The notes below the pieces were generated by a model. That model searched no databases and was not told the origin of the DNA. It saw only the letters and a list, made by a program, of their open reading frames with translations. Of a DNA stretch of 64,000 nucleotides, positions 26,218 through 39,300 are shown piece after piece. The DNA comes from the human T2T-CHM13v2.0 reference genome, Homo sapiens: the NCBI RefSeq assembly GCF_009914755.1, contig NC_060948.1. One strand, written 5' to 3'. Numbering within the stretch: position 1 is the first letter of the stretch; each line of letters opens with the position of its first letter. A program made the position numbers and the translations under genes.

Positions 26218-29200
26218 TTGAAACTGGAGTCTGCTTAAAGGAATGTGCTAATGCATTTCAGCGTTCTTTTTTTTTTTTCGAGTCTCAAAACCTTTTGGTG
26301 GCCTATCTGTGTGGCTCTGGTTAAGCTGAAGGGTTCCATGTTCTTTACATTTTTGTGTATCATGAATCTGCAGTGAATTGGGAGGTGAGCTGAGACCCGC
26401 TGGCATCCAAATCACCTACCCCTGCAAAAAAAGCCCACTCTTCTAGAAAGAAGAGGATCACTCCACACCAAAAAATAGACATCTTCCAGTGTTTTGTTGT
26501 CCTGCAGGCAACCCAGAAAGAGGTAGTAGTAGTCCTGCTGCAGGGCCTTTTGAATTTACGTCGAATTTGGTTTCCAGCCCAGCAGGTGCTTCACGTCATG
26601 ATGGGGTAATTCTCCATTGTCTTGGGATTTCATCATGTGACATAGAGTGTGAGCAGCAATAAGGTCAGATAGGGTTGAGGATTCAATCTGGTGAGGGCTG
26701 GATGGGTTACTGCAACTTCAACTGCAAAAAAAAAAAAAAAAATGAACACAGATGACACAGAATGTGCTTCCAAATCCATCCCCACTTTCCCTTAGTTGCA
26801 CAAGCAGTGTAGACCATGGTTCAGTGTTCAGGTGGGAGAACTACAACATGCAAGGAACATTTGGAGTGCAAATTGGGACTATACTGGCAAATTCCCGATT
26901 TGAGGGCTTTTGTAACTATAGCCAAATAAAAGTGGAATAAATTGTTGCTGGGTGGGTTGTGGCCTCCACACTTGCCTTTTCTTTTCCTGACTTCCATATT
27001 CGTTGTTGGCCTAGGGTTTCCTGGGTCAGGCTCAATGACTTCCACAATAAACATTTCCCAGTTCATGGAGAATGACCCTCATGGGAATCCATTACCTGAG
27101 TGTTTCCTTCTAATCACCTCCCGCTGAAAACAAAGCCACTCTTTTAGAAAGAAGTGGAGCACACTACACCCAAGAACAGACATCTCCCAACATTTAATTG
27201 AACCACAATCAACCCAGGAAGAGACACTAGCAGTCCTGTTCACAGGGCCCCTTGAGAGGCAAGCAAGAGTTATGAGAACACCGCTTTACCTTGGAGATGC
27301 CTTTGTCACATTTCCTGCCTTTCCCAGAGAGCCTCTCTGAGGCAAAGGATAAATGGGAGGCAGTGAGGTCAAGAGCCTGGCCATAATTCACTGACACCCA
27401 CTTGTGGGGTTTCAGGTATGATTCTATCACCCAAAGAACCCTTAATAACACACTAGTCTATATTCCAGTCCTCATGAGATCTGATTCCTGCACACAGGCT
27501 CTCTCAGGAATGGAGTCAAAAGAGTAGTTTTTAGGGACCGCCTAGGTATAGCCCAGCTGTGTTTCCTGGGGTTGCTCTCTCCCAGGTGGGGCCTTCTGCA
27601 GAACCACACAGCCTTAGGATATTCCAGGCTGTGTGTTTCTGTGGGAGTGTTGCATGTCTACATGTTTGTGTGGCTTTGTGTGTTTCTCTATGTGTGTGTG
27701 TGTATGTGTATGCCTGCAAGTGGAGTCTGCTTAAAGGAATGTGTCGAACCACTGCAGTGCTTCTTGTTTTTGAGCCTCCCAACCTTTTGGTGACCTACCT
27801 GTGTTGCTCTGCTTAGGCTTTGGAGTTTTGCCTCCTTTATTTTTCTTTGAATCATGAATCTGCGTGAATTGGGAGGTGGCCTGATACTTGTCAGCGTCCA
27901 AATCACCTCCCCCTTAAAACAAAGCCACTCTTACAGAAAGAAGTAGAGTACATCACACCCAGAATAGACATCTCCCAATGTTTCAGTGTCTCAACCCAGG
28001 AAGAGATGCTAGCAGTCCTCTTCACAGGGGCCTCTTGATTTTACCTCATATTTGGACCCCCTTTGAGCATGTGCTTCACGTCATGAGGGGGCAATTCTCA
28101 ATCATCTTGGGTTTCGTCCTGGGACATAGAGTGTGAGCAGCAATAAGGTCAGATAGGGGTGAGGATACAACCTGGTGAGGGGTGGATTGGGTCCCGCAAC
28201 TTCACCTGCAAAAAAATAAAAATAAAAAATAAAGACAGATGACACAGAAGGTGCTGCCATCTCCATCCCTGCATTCCTCTAATTGCCCAAGCAGTGCACC
28301 CCAAGGACCAGTGCTCAGGTGTGAGTACTCTAATGTGCAAGAAACATTTGGATTGGAAATTGGGACCAACCTGGCAAACACCTGATTTGAGGGCTTTCAT
28401 ATCCTGAGCCAAATGGGAGTGGAATAGATTGATGTTGGGTGGGATGTGACAACCACACTTGCCTTTTCTTTCCCTGACTTCCATGTTTCTCATCAGCCTA
28501 GGCTTTCCTGTTTCCAGCTCAATGACTTCCACACTAAACGTTTCCCAGTTCACAAAGAATGACCCTCATGGGAATCCATTTCATGAGAGTTTCATTCTAA
28601 ACACTGCCACGTTTTAATGACTGGGTAGCTTTTATACTTTTAAAACCCTAAATTCCCATTACAGCTGCCACCATTAAAACTCTTATTCCTCCACTTCTAT
28701 TGGAGGGCTGCATGATTCCTGTAGGATGGGAAGCAGACAGTGGTGTCTGGGTTTTTCCCGGTAATCTATCCTCTGTTTCATTTCATCTGCATGTTTTTCT
28801 CATTGTGGAGGAGCTCTTTCATTGGGCTGTTGCTGGATGGAACTGCTTCTCGCTACAGATTATTTAGCTGCCAGAAATTTCAGAGAGCAAAAAGGACTTT
28901 GGATAGGCTGGCTGTGAACTAGGTTGTGGGTCATTTTCTCATTGTGGGGGCTGAGGTGGTTTGCCCTTTGCAGGAGGCTTTTGGGTTCTCTGACATAACT
29001 CATTGAAAATCATTTGGAATCCTGCAAAATACAGCTCTCTCTCTCAGGCAAGCCTTAATTTTTCTTTGCTTTCATCAGGAATCCCAGTGCCCCTCAACAG
29101 CACTACTGGACATCATTTTCAGGCTTGCCATTGCAACAGAATGCCTGTGAGACACTGTATCAACCTCATTTGCACTTGTGGGAAGCTCCGAGGTGTAAGA

Positions 29201-30233
29201 ACACTGCTTCACCTTGGACTTGCCTTTGTATTGGCTATTGCATTTCCCAGAAAGACCCCAGAGTCCCAGGATAAAAAGAGGCAGTGAGGTCTAGAGTGCC
29301 ACCATCTTTCACTGACACCCATCTCTGAGGTCTTAGGTATAATTCCATCACCCAAAGAACCCTGAAAAACACAACAGACTATATTGCAATCCCCATGGGA
29401 CCTGATTCTTTCACACTCCTTTTGGGAATGGAGTCAGAAGAGCAGTTTCCTGAGACCACCTCACAGTCTCAAAACGCCTCCTCCTTTAGCTAGACCTGAC
29501 CACGAGACAACCTGAAGGGGCCCTGAGGTCAGGAGTTTCAGGGCCTCATGGTTGTTTTTTTTTTTTTCAGGAAGTTTTCCCCCGTAGCTTGCTGGCTCTT
29601 CCTGTACCATTATTTTCTGATTAGGCAGGTTGATAGCTCTGAAAGTCTGGCATCCAAACCTGCATTATGAATGCCTATGCCATAATCTGAGGGCACCTGG
29701 CTAGACTGTGAGCTCTGGCTAGTATCACAATGAATGTCACATTGCTTAGTCAAAAGTCCCTTCAGCTTGGCGGAAAAGGGGACCTCCATGGAGTTGCATT
29801 GATGTTGGACTGTTGCCTGTCTTCTTTGTGGGATCCGCGGAATCATCTCATGATCCTAAGAGAGGGCAGATATGAGTGACTCTGAAGAAACATCAATAAA
29901 AGTCCCAGAAATAAACTGTAAATCCCTAAGGATCCAAAAGTATCCACCTAATTCCTCAGGATGGCCCAGATGTTGTAGGGGTGAGTCTTTTGGAAACTTG
30001 CCCCACTCTGATTTTTATGTACAACCCTTGTGTTTTCTGGGGTTGCTTTCTGCTAGGTGGGGCTTCCTGTAGAACCACACAGCCTCAGTAGCTGCCGGGC
30101 TCTGTGTTTCTGTGAGAGTGTTGCGAGAGTTAGATGTCTATGTGTGTGTGATATTCTGTTTGTGTGTGTGTGTGTCTGTCCCTTTAAGAGGAGTCTGCTA
30201 AAAGGAATGTGGCTAACGCTGTTCAGCATGCTG

Positions 30234-30311
30234 CTTCTTCTTCTTCTTCTTCTTCTTCTTCTTCTTCTTCTTCTTCTTCTTCTTCTTCTTCTTCTTCTTC
30301 TTCTTCTTCTT
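30234..30311 (+). repeat. (CTT)26 microsatellite, probably the Y-STR DYS481
   Basis: 78 bp of perfect CTT. The flanks aggaatgtggctaacgctgt (30203-30222) and gcaaccttctggtgagctgt (30323-30342) match the DYS481 primer pair as I recall it. The repeat is certain; the marker name is from memory. Confidence 0.85.
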
Positions 30312-33300
30312 TTTTGAGTCTTGCAACCTTCTGGTGAGCTGTCTGTGTGGCTCTTCTTGGGTTGTGGGGCTCTGTGTTCTGATTTTTTTCTGTGGACCAA
30401 GAATCTGCAATGAATTGTTAAGTATGCCAAGACATGCTGGCATCCATATGACTACCCTTGAAAAAGAAAAGCCACTCCTCTAGAAGGAAGAGAAGCACAC
30501 CACATGAAAAAAAATGCATCTCCCTGTGTTTCATTATCCTATGGCCAAACCAAGGAGAGACACTAGCAGTCCTTTCTTCAGGGCCCCTTGAATTTACCTC
30601 AAATTTGGTTCCCAGGGGAAAATGTATTTCACTCTGTGAGGGGGCACTCCTCCATCTTCTTAGGGTTTCATTCTGTGGCATAGAGTGTGAACAGCAACTA
30701 TTTCAGATAAAGGTGAGTATACAATCTGGTGAGGTGTGGATGGGTTCATGCAACTTGACCTGCAAAATAAATAAATAAAGACAGATGATGCAGAAGTTGC
30801 TTCTAATTCCATTACCACATTGCCTTAATTGCACACGCAGTCCGCATCATGGCCCAGTGTTCAGATGGAAGAACTCCAACCTTCAAGGAACATTTTATAT
30901 GCAAATCGGGGCCATGTTGGCAAACTCGTGATTTGAGGGCTTTCATACACAGAGCCAAATGGGAGTTGAATATTTTGATACTGCATAGGATGTTGCCTCC
31001 AGAGTTTCCTCTTCTTTTCTTGACTTCCATTTTCCTCCTTGGCCTAGGGTTTTCTGGGTCTGGCTCAATGACTTCCACCTTAAACATTTCCTAGTCCATG
31101 GAGAATTACACTCATGGTCATCCATTGCGTGAGTGTTTTATTCTAAACACTGTCATGTTTAATGACTGTCCAACTTTGATACTTTTATAACAATAAATTC
31201 CCATTACAGCCACCAACAAGAAAACTCTTGTCCTCCCACTTCTATCAGAGAGCTGCACAATTCCTGAAAAATGAGAAACAGGCAGCCTTGTCTGGCTTTT
31301 GCCTGGTAATTTAGCCTTTTTTTCATTTCATCTGCAGGACCGTCTCACTGGAGGGGTTCTGTCATTTGGCTGTTGCTGGATGGGACTGCCTCTCACCACA
31401 GATTATTTAGCTGCCTGGAATTTCAGAGAGCAAAAGGGACTTCAGGTAGGCTGGCTGCCCTCCAGGTTGTGGGTCATTGTCTCATTGTGTGGGCTGAAGT
31501 TGTTTGCACTTTGCAGGAGGCTTTTGGGTCCTCTGACAGAACTCAATGAATATTGCTTAGACTCCAGCACAAGGCAGCTCCTTCTCTCAAGTGAGTCTTG
31601 ATTTTTTTTTAAGCTTTCATGTTGAATCCACAGTGTCCCTCAACAGCACAACTGAACATGATTTTTAGACTTGCCATCCCCACAGATGGCATGGAGACAC
31701 TGTCTCAACCTCATCTGGATGAAGGGAGGCAGCAAGGTCAAGATCCCAACCATCTTTTGCTGATAGCTGCCTCTAGGCTATTAGGTATGATTCTCTCACC
31801 TAAACAACCCTCAACAACACATCAGACAATATTCCAATCCCCATGAGACCCAATTCTTATACACAGCCTCTTCGGGAATGGAGTCAGAAGAGTAGTTTTC
31901 AGTGACCACCTCATGGTCTCGAAATGCCTGATGCACCGGAAAGACATAACTACAGAGACAGCCTGAAGGGGCTCTGAAGTAGAGATTTTAGTGTCCCACA
32001 TTGGGTTTTCATAGGCAGTCCTTTTCCCGATAACAGGCCAGCTCTGCATGTACCATTTTCCTCTGCTTAGGCAGGCTGGCAGCTCTGAGAGTCAGGCCAC
32101 TAAGCATGCCCATACGTTAGTCTCAGGATAATCAGCTGATAGCGAGTTCTGGCTAGCTTCACATTGAAAGGAACCATGGCCTAGTGACAAATCCCTGTGG
32201 CTTGGGAGAAAAGGAGACCTCCGTGTAGATTTGCATCGGTGGTGGACTCTCGCCTGTCTTCTCTGTGGGATACACGGGGTAGTACTATGATTCTAGGAGA
32301 GGACAGACGTGAGCCAGCCTGAAGAAACATCAAGTACCACCCCAGGAATAAATCTTGAATTCCCTAAATATCAAAAGGATCTGCAAGATTTCTGAGGCCT
32401 GCCTACACATTTTAGGGTGAGTCTTTTTGAAACTTGCCCCACTGTGATTTCTATGTACCAGGTTGCTCTATTCAAAGTGAGGATTTCTGCAGAACCATAA
32501 AACCTCATGAGCTGAAAGAAAGTGTGTTTTTGTGAGAGTGTTGTGAGTGTTGGATATCAATGTGCTTGTTTCCTTGCATGTTTGTGGCTGTGTTTGTGTC
32601 TTTGTGTGCCTGTAAGTATAGCATGCTTAAAGAAATGTGGCTAACACACTTTAGCACTTCTTTCTTTTGTCTCCCAACCCTTTGGTGTCCTGTCTGTGTG
32701 GTTCTGCTTGACCTGCAGGGCTTTGTGTTCTTCATTTTTCTGCAGATCATGAATCCACTGTGAATTGGGAGGTAGGCTGAGACATGCTGGCATCGAAATC
32801 ACCTCCCCCTGCAAAAAAAAAAAAAAAAAAAAAAAAGCTACTTTTCTAGAAAGAAGAGGAGCACACCACACCAAAAAACCAACAACATTCAGTGCTTTAC
32901 TGTCCCTTGTCCAACCCAGGAAGAGACATTAGCAGTCCTCAGGGACCCCTTGAATTTACCTTGAATTTGTTTCTCTGTCAAGCAGGTGCTTCAAGTTGTG
33001 ATGGGGCACTCCTTCGTCATCTTGTAATTTCATCCTGGGACATAGAGTGTAAGCAACATTAAGGTAAGATAAGGATGAGGACACAATCTGGTGATTATGT
33101 TCCTGCAACTTTACCTGCAATAAATAAATAAATAAGGACAGATGACACAGAAGGTGCTTCCAACTTCATCCCAGCATTCCCTTAACTTCACAAGCAATCC
33201 ACACCATGGCCCGGTGTTCAGGTGTGATTAGACCAACATGCAAGGAACATTTGGGGTGCAAATTGGGGCCATGCTGGCAAACTCCCAATTTGAGGGCTTT

Positions 33301-36300
33301 CATACCCAGAGGCAAATAGGCATGGAATGGATTGATGCTGGGTGGGATGTTGTCTCCACGCTTTCCTCTTCTTTTCTTGACTTCCATGTTCCTCAATAGC
33401 CTAGGGTTTTCTGGCTCAGTGATTTCCACACTAAACATAGCCCAGTTCATTGAGACTGACCTTCCTGGGCAACCATTGTGTGAGTGTTTTTTTTGAAACA
33501 CTGCCATGTTTTAACGACTGGGAAGCTTTGATACTTTTAAAACAAATAAACTCTTGCTTTCCCACTTCTATCATAGGGCTGCATGATTCCCAAAGCAAGA
33601 GAAGCAGGCAGCTGTGTCTGGCTTTTCCTCATATCTAGCCTGTATTTCATTTCATCTGCATGGCCTTTTTATTGTAGAGGATCTCTTTCATTGTTCTGTT
33701 GCTGGATGGGTCTGCCTCTCAGCACAGATTATTTAGCTGTCAGGGATTTCAGAGAGCAAAAGGGACTTTGAGGAGTCTGGCTGTGCTCCAGGTTGTGGGT
33801 CCTTGTCTCATTTTGGGGGCAGAGGTTGTTTGCACTTTGAAGGAGGCTTTTGGATCCTCTGACAGGAATCACTAAGAATTGCTTGGACTCCAGCAAAAAG
33901 CACCTCATTCTCTCAGGCTAACTTTGATTTTTCTTGGCTTCCATGGGGAATCCACAGTGCCCTTCAACAGCACTACCAGACATGTTATTCAGGCTTACCA
34001 TCGTCACTGTCTCAACATCTTCTGCACCTGTGAGAGGCCAGCCCGAGATGTGAGAACACTGTTCCACCTTGGACTTGCCTTTGTCGTGGTTCCTGTCTTT
34101 CCCAGAGAGCCCCTGCAAGATGCAAGATGAAGGGAGACAGCTAGGTCTACAGCCCAGACATCTTTCACTGACACATGCCTCTGGGGCCTCAGGTAAGATT
34201 CTATCACCCAAAGAACCTTAAACAACACACCAGACTATATTCTAATCCCCAAGCGACCTGATTCTTGCAAACAGCCCCTTTCAGGAATGGAGAGAGAAGA
34301 GCAGTTTTCAGTGAACAATTCATAATCTCAAAACCCCTACTCCAATTGAACCAGACAAGAGAGACAGCCTGAAGGGGCCCTGAGTTGCAGAGTTTTACTG
34401 TAACGCAGTGGGTTTTCACAGGCAACTTTTTCTGCGATTCCAGATCTGCTCTTCATGTACCATTTTCCTCTGCTTAGGCAGGCTGTCAGCTCTGACAGTC
34501 AGGCACGTGAGCCTGCATCACGAATGCTAATGCACTAGTTTCAGAGCAGCAGGCATGATTGTGAGCTCTGGGTAGCCTCACAATGAATGCCACCGTTGCC
34601 TAGCGACAAGTCACTGCAGCTTGGCAAAGAATGAGAAATCCATGGAGGTGTGTAGGAGGTGGACCCTTGCCTGTCTTTTATGTGGGATGCACGGCATAGT
34701 CTCATGATCCTAGGAGAGGGCAGACATGAGCCAGACTGAAGAAATCCCAAGCAAAGCCTTAGGAATAAACCGTGAAATTTCTAAGGAACCACAAGTATCT
34801 TCAGCATTCCTCAGGCCTGCCTAGGTATTTTAGGGTTGAATGTCTTTGAAACTTTCCATACTGAGACTTCTAGGTACAGCTTGCCTGTGTTCCCTGGGGT
34901 TGCACTGTCTCAGGTGTGGCTTCCTGCAGAACTGCACAGACTCAGGAGCTGCCCAGCTGTGTTTTTCTGTGAGAATGTTGTGAAAGTTGGATGTCTGAGT
35001 ATGTGTGTGGCATAGTGTGTTTGTGTGTGTGTGTCTGTGTGTGACTGTAAGTGGAATGTGCTTAAAGGAATGTGGCTACCGCACGTCAGAGCTCCTTTTT
35101 TTTTTTTTTTTTGAGTCTTCCATCCTTTTGGTCACCTGTCTGTGTGGCTCTGCATGGGCTGTGGGGCTCTGTGTTCTTCATTTTTCTGTGGATTATGAAT
35201 CTGAAGTGAATTGGGAGGTGGGTGGAGACCTATCAGTGTCCAAGTCACCTCCCCCTGGAAAAAAAAAGCCACTCTTCTAGAAAGAAGAGGAGCATACCAC
35301 ATGAAAAGATAGACATCTCCCAGTGTTTTATTGTCTTGTGGCCAACCCAAGGAGAGACACTAACAATTCTGTCCAAAATTACCTCCACTTTGGTTCCCAG
35401 TTGAACAAGTGCTTCAGGTCATAAGAGGGCACTCCTCTGTTGTCTTGGGATTTCATCCTGGGACATAGAGTGTGAGCAGAAATAAGGTCAGATGGGGTGA
35501 GGATACAATTTAGTGAGGGGTGGATGGGGTCCCACAACTTTATCTGCAAAAAGAAAAGGAAGAGAGATGACAGAGAAGGTGGCTTCAACACCATCCTCAC
35601 ATTCCCATAATTGCAAAAGCAGTCCACAACATGACACAGTGTTCAGGTAAGAGTACTCCAACATTCAAGAAACATTTGGAGTATAAATTGGGGCCATCCT
35701 GGCAAACTCCCAAATTGAGGGCTTTCATACCCAGATTCAAATGGGAGTGGAATGAATTGATGCTGGGTGGGAAGTGGCCTCCACACTTGCCTTTTTTTTT
35801 TTCCTGACTTACATGTTCCTCATTGGCCTAGAGTTTCCTGGGTCTGGCTCTACGACTTCCACGCTAAACTTTTTCCAGTTAACGGAGAACCACCCTCATG
35901 AAAATCCATTGCATGAGTGTTTCCTTCTACACACTGCCACGTTTTAATACTGGGAAGCTTTGATCCTTTTAAAAACATAAATTTCCATTACAGCTGCCAA
36001 CCTCTGAGACACTGTCTCAATCTCATCTGCATGCATGAGAGGCCAGTCTGGGGTGTGAGAACACTACTTTATCTTGGACTTGCATTTGTCTAGGTTTCTG
36101 CCTTACCCAGAGAGCCTTGTGAGGCTAAGGATTAAGGAAGGCAGTGCAATAAAGTCAAGAGCCCAGGCATCTTTTGCTGACACCCACTTTTGGGGTCTCA
36201 GGTATGATTCTATCACCCAAAGAAGCCTCAACAACACACCAGACTATATTCCAATCCCTGTGGGACCCGATTCTTGCACACAGTCTCTTTTGGGAATGGA

Positions 36301-39300
36301 GATAGAAGGGCAGTTTCCAGCAAACACCTCACAGTCTCAAAATGCCTCCTTCTCCAGAGGAACTTGACCATGGAGACACCCAAAGTGGCCCTGAGATTGA
36401 GACTTTTAAGCTCCCAGAGTGGGTTTTCACTGGCAGCTTTTTCCTAATGCCAGGCCGGCTCTGCCTGTACCATTTTCCTCTGCTTTGGCAGGATGACAGC
36501 TCTGACAGATGGGCCCCCAAGCCTGCCTCACAAATGTATATGCCCTAGTCTCAGGGCACCAGGCCTGATTGTGCACTCTGGCTAGCATAATAATGAATGT
36601 CACCATTGCCTAGTAACAAGTCCCTGCAGCTTGCGGGAGAAGGAGACCTCTGTGGAGGTGTGTTAGCCATGTACTGTCACCTGTCTTCTCCGTGAGATCC
36701 ACTGGATACTCTCATGATCATAGGACAGGGCAGAATTGAGCCAGCCTGAAGAAATGTCAAGCACAGCCCCAGGAATAAACCAAAAAATACCTAAGAATCC
36801 AAAATTATCTTCAGGATTCCTCAGGCCCGCCTAGAAGTTGTAGGAGTGAGTCTTTTGGAAATTGTCCCACTGTAATTTTTAGGTAGAGCCCACCTCTGTT
36901 CCCTGGATTGCTCTCTTTCAGGTGGGACTTCCTAGAGAACCATGCAGCCTCAGGAGCTGCTGGGCTGTGTATTTCTGTGGCAGTGTAGTGAGTGTTGGAT
37001 GGCTGCATGTGTCTGTGGCATTGTGTGTTTGTATGTGTGTGTGTGTGATGTGCCTAAAACTGGAAACCGCTTAAAGGAATGTGGCTAATGCACTTCAGCC
37101 CTTCTTTTTGTTGAGACTGCCAATCTTTTGGTGTCCTGTCTTTGTGGATTTGCTTGAGCTGCTAGCCTCCATTTTCTTTATTTTTTCTGTGAATCAAGAA
37201 TCCACAGTGAATTGGGAGGAGGGTTGAGATCCACCGGCATTGAAATGAACTCCTTCTGCAAAAAAATCCCTTCTTCCAGATATAAAAGAAGCACACCCCG
37301 CATATATAAAAAGACATATCCCAGTGTTTCATTGCTCTGTGGCCAAACCAGGGAAAGACACTAGTAGTCCTCTCCACAGGGTCCCTTGAACTTACCTCAA
37401 ATTCAGTTTCCATCTGAGCTGGTGCTTCACATTGTGAGGGGGCACTCCGCCATCGTCTTGGAATTTCATTTTGGGACACAGAGTGTGAGCAGGAATAAGA
37501 TTAGATAGGGGAGAGGATACAATCTGGTGAGGGGTGGATGCGGTCCCTCAACTTTACCTGAAAAAAAAATGAAGGCATATGACCCAGAGGTGCTTCAAAT
37601 TCCATTCTCACATTCTCTTAATTGCAGAAGCAGTCCACCTCATGGCCTTGTGTTTTGGTTTTAGAACTTCAACATGCAAAGAATATTTGAAGTGCCAACT
37701 GGGGCCATCCTGGTAAACTCCCAATTTGAGGGCTTTCATGGAGCTAAATGGGAGTGGAATGTATTGATGCCCAGTAGGATGTGGCCTCCACACTTGACTT
37801 TTCATTTCTTGATTTCCATGTTCCTCATCAGCCTAGGGTTTTATGGGTCTGGCTCAACAACTTCCACACTAAACACTTCCTAGTTCATAAGAACAATCCT
37901 CATGGGAATCAATAGCATGAGTGTTTCCTTCTAAACACTGTCACGTTTTAATGACTGGGCAGCATTGATATTTTAAAACAGTAGATTCACTGTTAGAGCC
38001 ACCAACAAGGAAACTTATTCTCCCCGCCCCCCTTTTTATCTTTCCTGAGGGCTGCATGATTCCTGTAGGATGAGAAGCAGAAAGGCGTGTCTGGCTTTTG
38101 CCTGGTAGTCTAACCTCTGTTTCATTTCATCTGCATGGCCTTCTCATTGTGGAAGGTCTCTTTCATTGGGCTGTTACTGAATGGGACTGTTTCTTGCCAC
38201 AGATTATTTAGCTACCAGATATTTCAGAAAGCAATATGGGCTTTCGGGTAGGCTGGCTATGCTCCAGGTTGTGGGTTATTGACTCATTGTGGGGGCTGAG
38301 GTTGTGTGCACTTTGCAGGAGGCTTTTGTGTTTTCTGACAGTAATCATTGAACTTTGCTTGGACTTCAGCACAAGACAGCTGGCTCTCTCAGGCTTGGCT
38401 TGATTTTTCTTTGCTTTCATGAATAATCTATGTTGCCCCTCAAAAGCACTACTGAACACAATTTTCAGGCTTGCCATCACAACAGACGGCCTCTGAGACA
38501 CTGTCTCAACCGCATCTGCACCACTGCATGGCCAGTCCAAGGTGTGAGAACACTGCTCCACCTTGGACTTGCCATTGACATTGTTCCTGTCTTTCCCAGA
38601 GAGCCCCTGAAAGGCCCAGGAAGTAGGGAGTTAGTGAGCTCAAGAGCCTGTCTATCTTTGAGTGACACTTGCTTCTACTGTCTCAGGTAAGATTCTATCA
38701 CCCAAAGAACCCTCCACAACACACCACACTATATTCCTATCCTCTTGGGATTCAATTCTTGCACACAGCCTCTTGCAGATGTGGACTCAGAAGAGCAGTT
38801 TCCAGCCATGACCTCACAGTCTTGAAATGCCTGTTCCTCTTGCAGGTCCTGACCATGGAGACAGACTGAAGGGACCATGAGGTCGAGAATTTTAGGTCTC
38901 CCAGTAGGTTTTCACAGGCAGCCTTTTTCCCAATACCAGGCCACCTCTGCCTGTACCATTTGCCTCTTCTTAGGCAGGCTGACAGTTCTGACAGCCAGAC
39001 ATCCTGGCCTGTCTCACGAATGTGCATGTGCTAGTCTCAGGGCACTAGGACTGATTGTGAGCTCTGCCTAGCATCACAATGAAAGTCACTGTTTCCTAGC
39101 AAAAAGTCCCTGTGGCTTGGCAGAGAAAAAGACATCCATAGAGGTGCGTTGGCAGTGGACCCTCTTCTGTCTTCTCTGTGGGATCCATGGGATAGTCCCA
39201 CGATCCTACGAGAGGAGAAACATGAGCCAGTCTGGAGAAATCTTAAGCAGAGCCCCAGGAATACACCGCAATATTCCTAAGGATCCAAAAATACCTGCAG

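Noticed and set aside
30053-30443. Poly-Arg, poly-Leu and poly-Lys ORFs
   Set aside because: They are translations of the (CTT)26 microsatellite.
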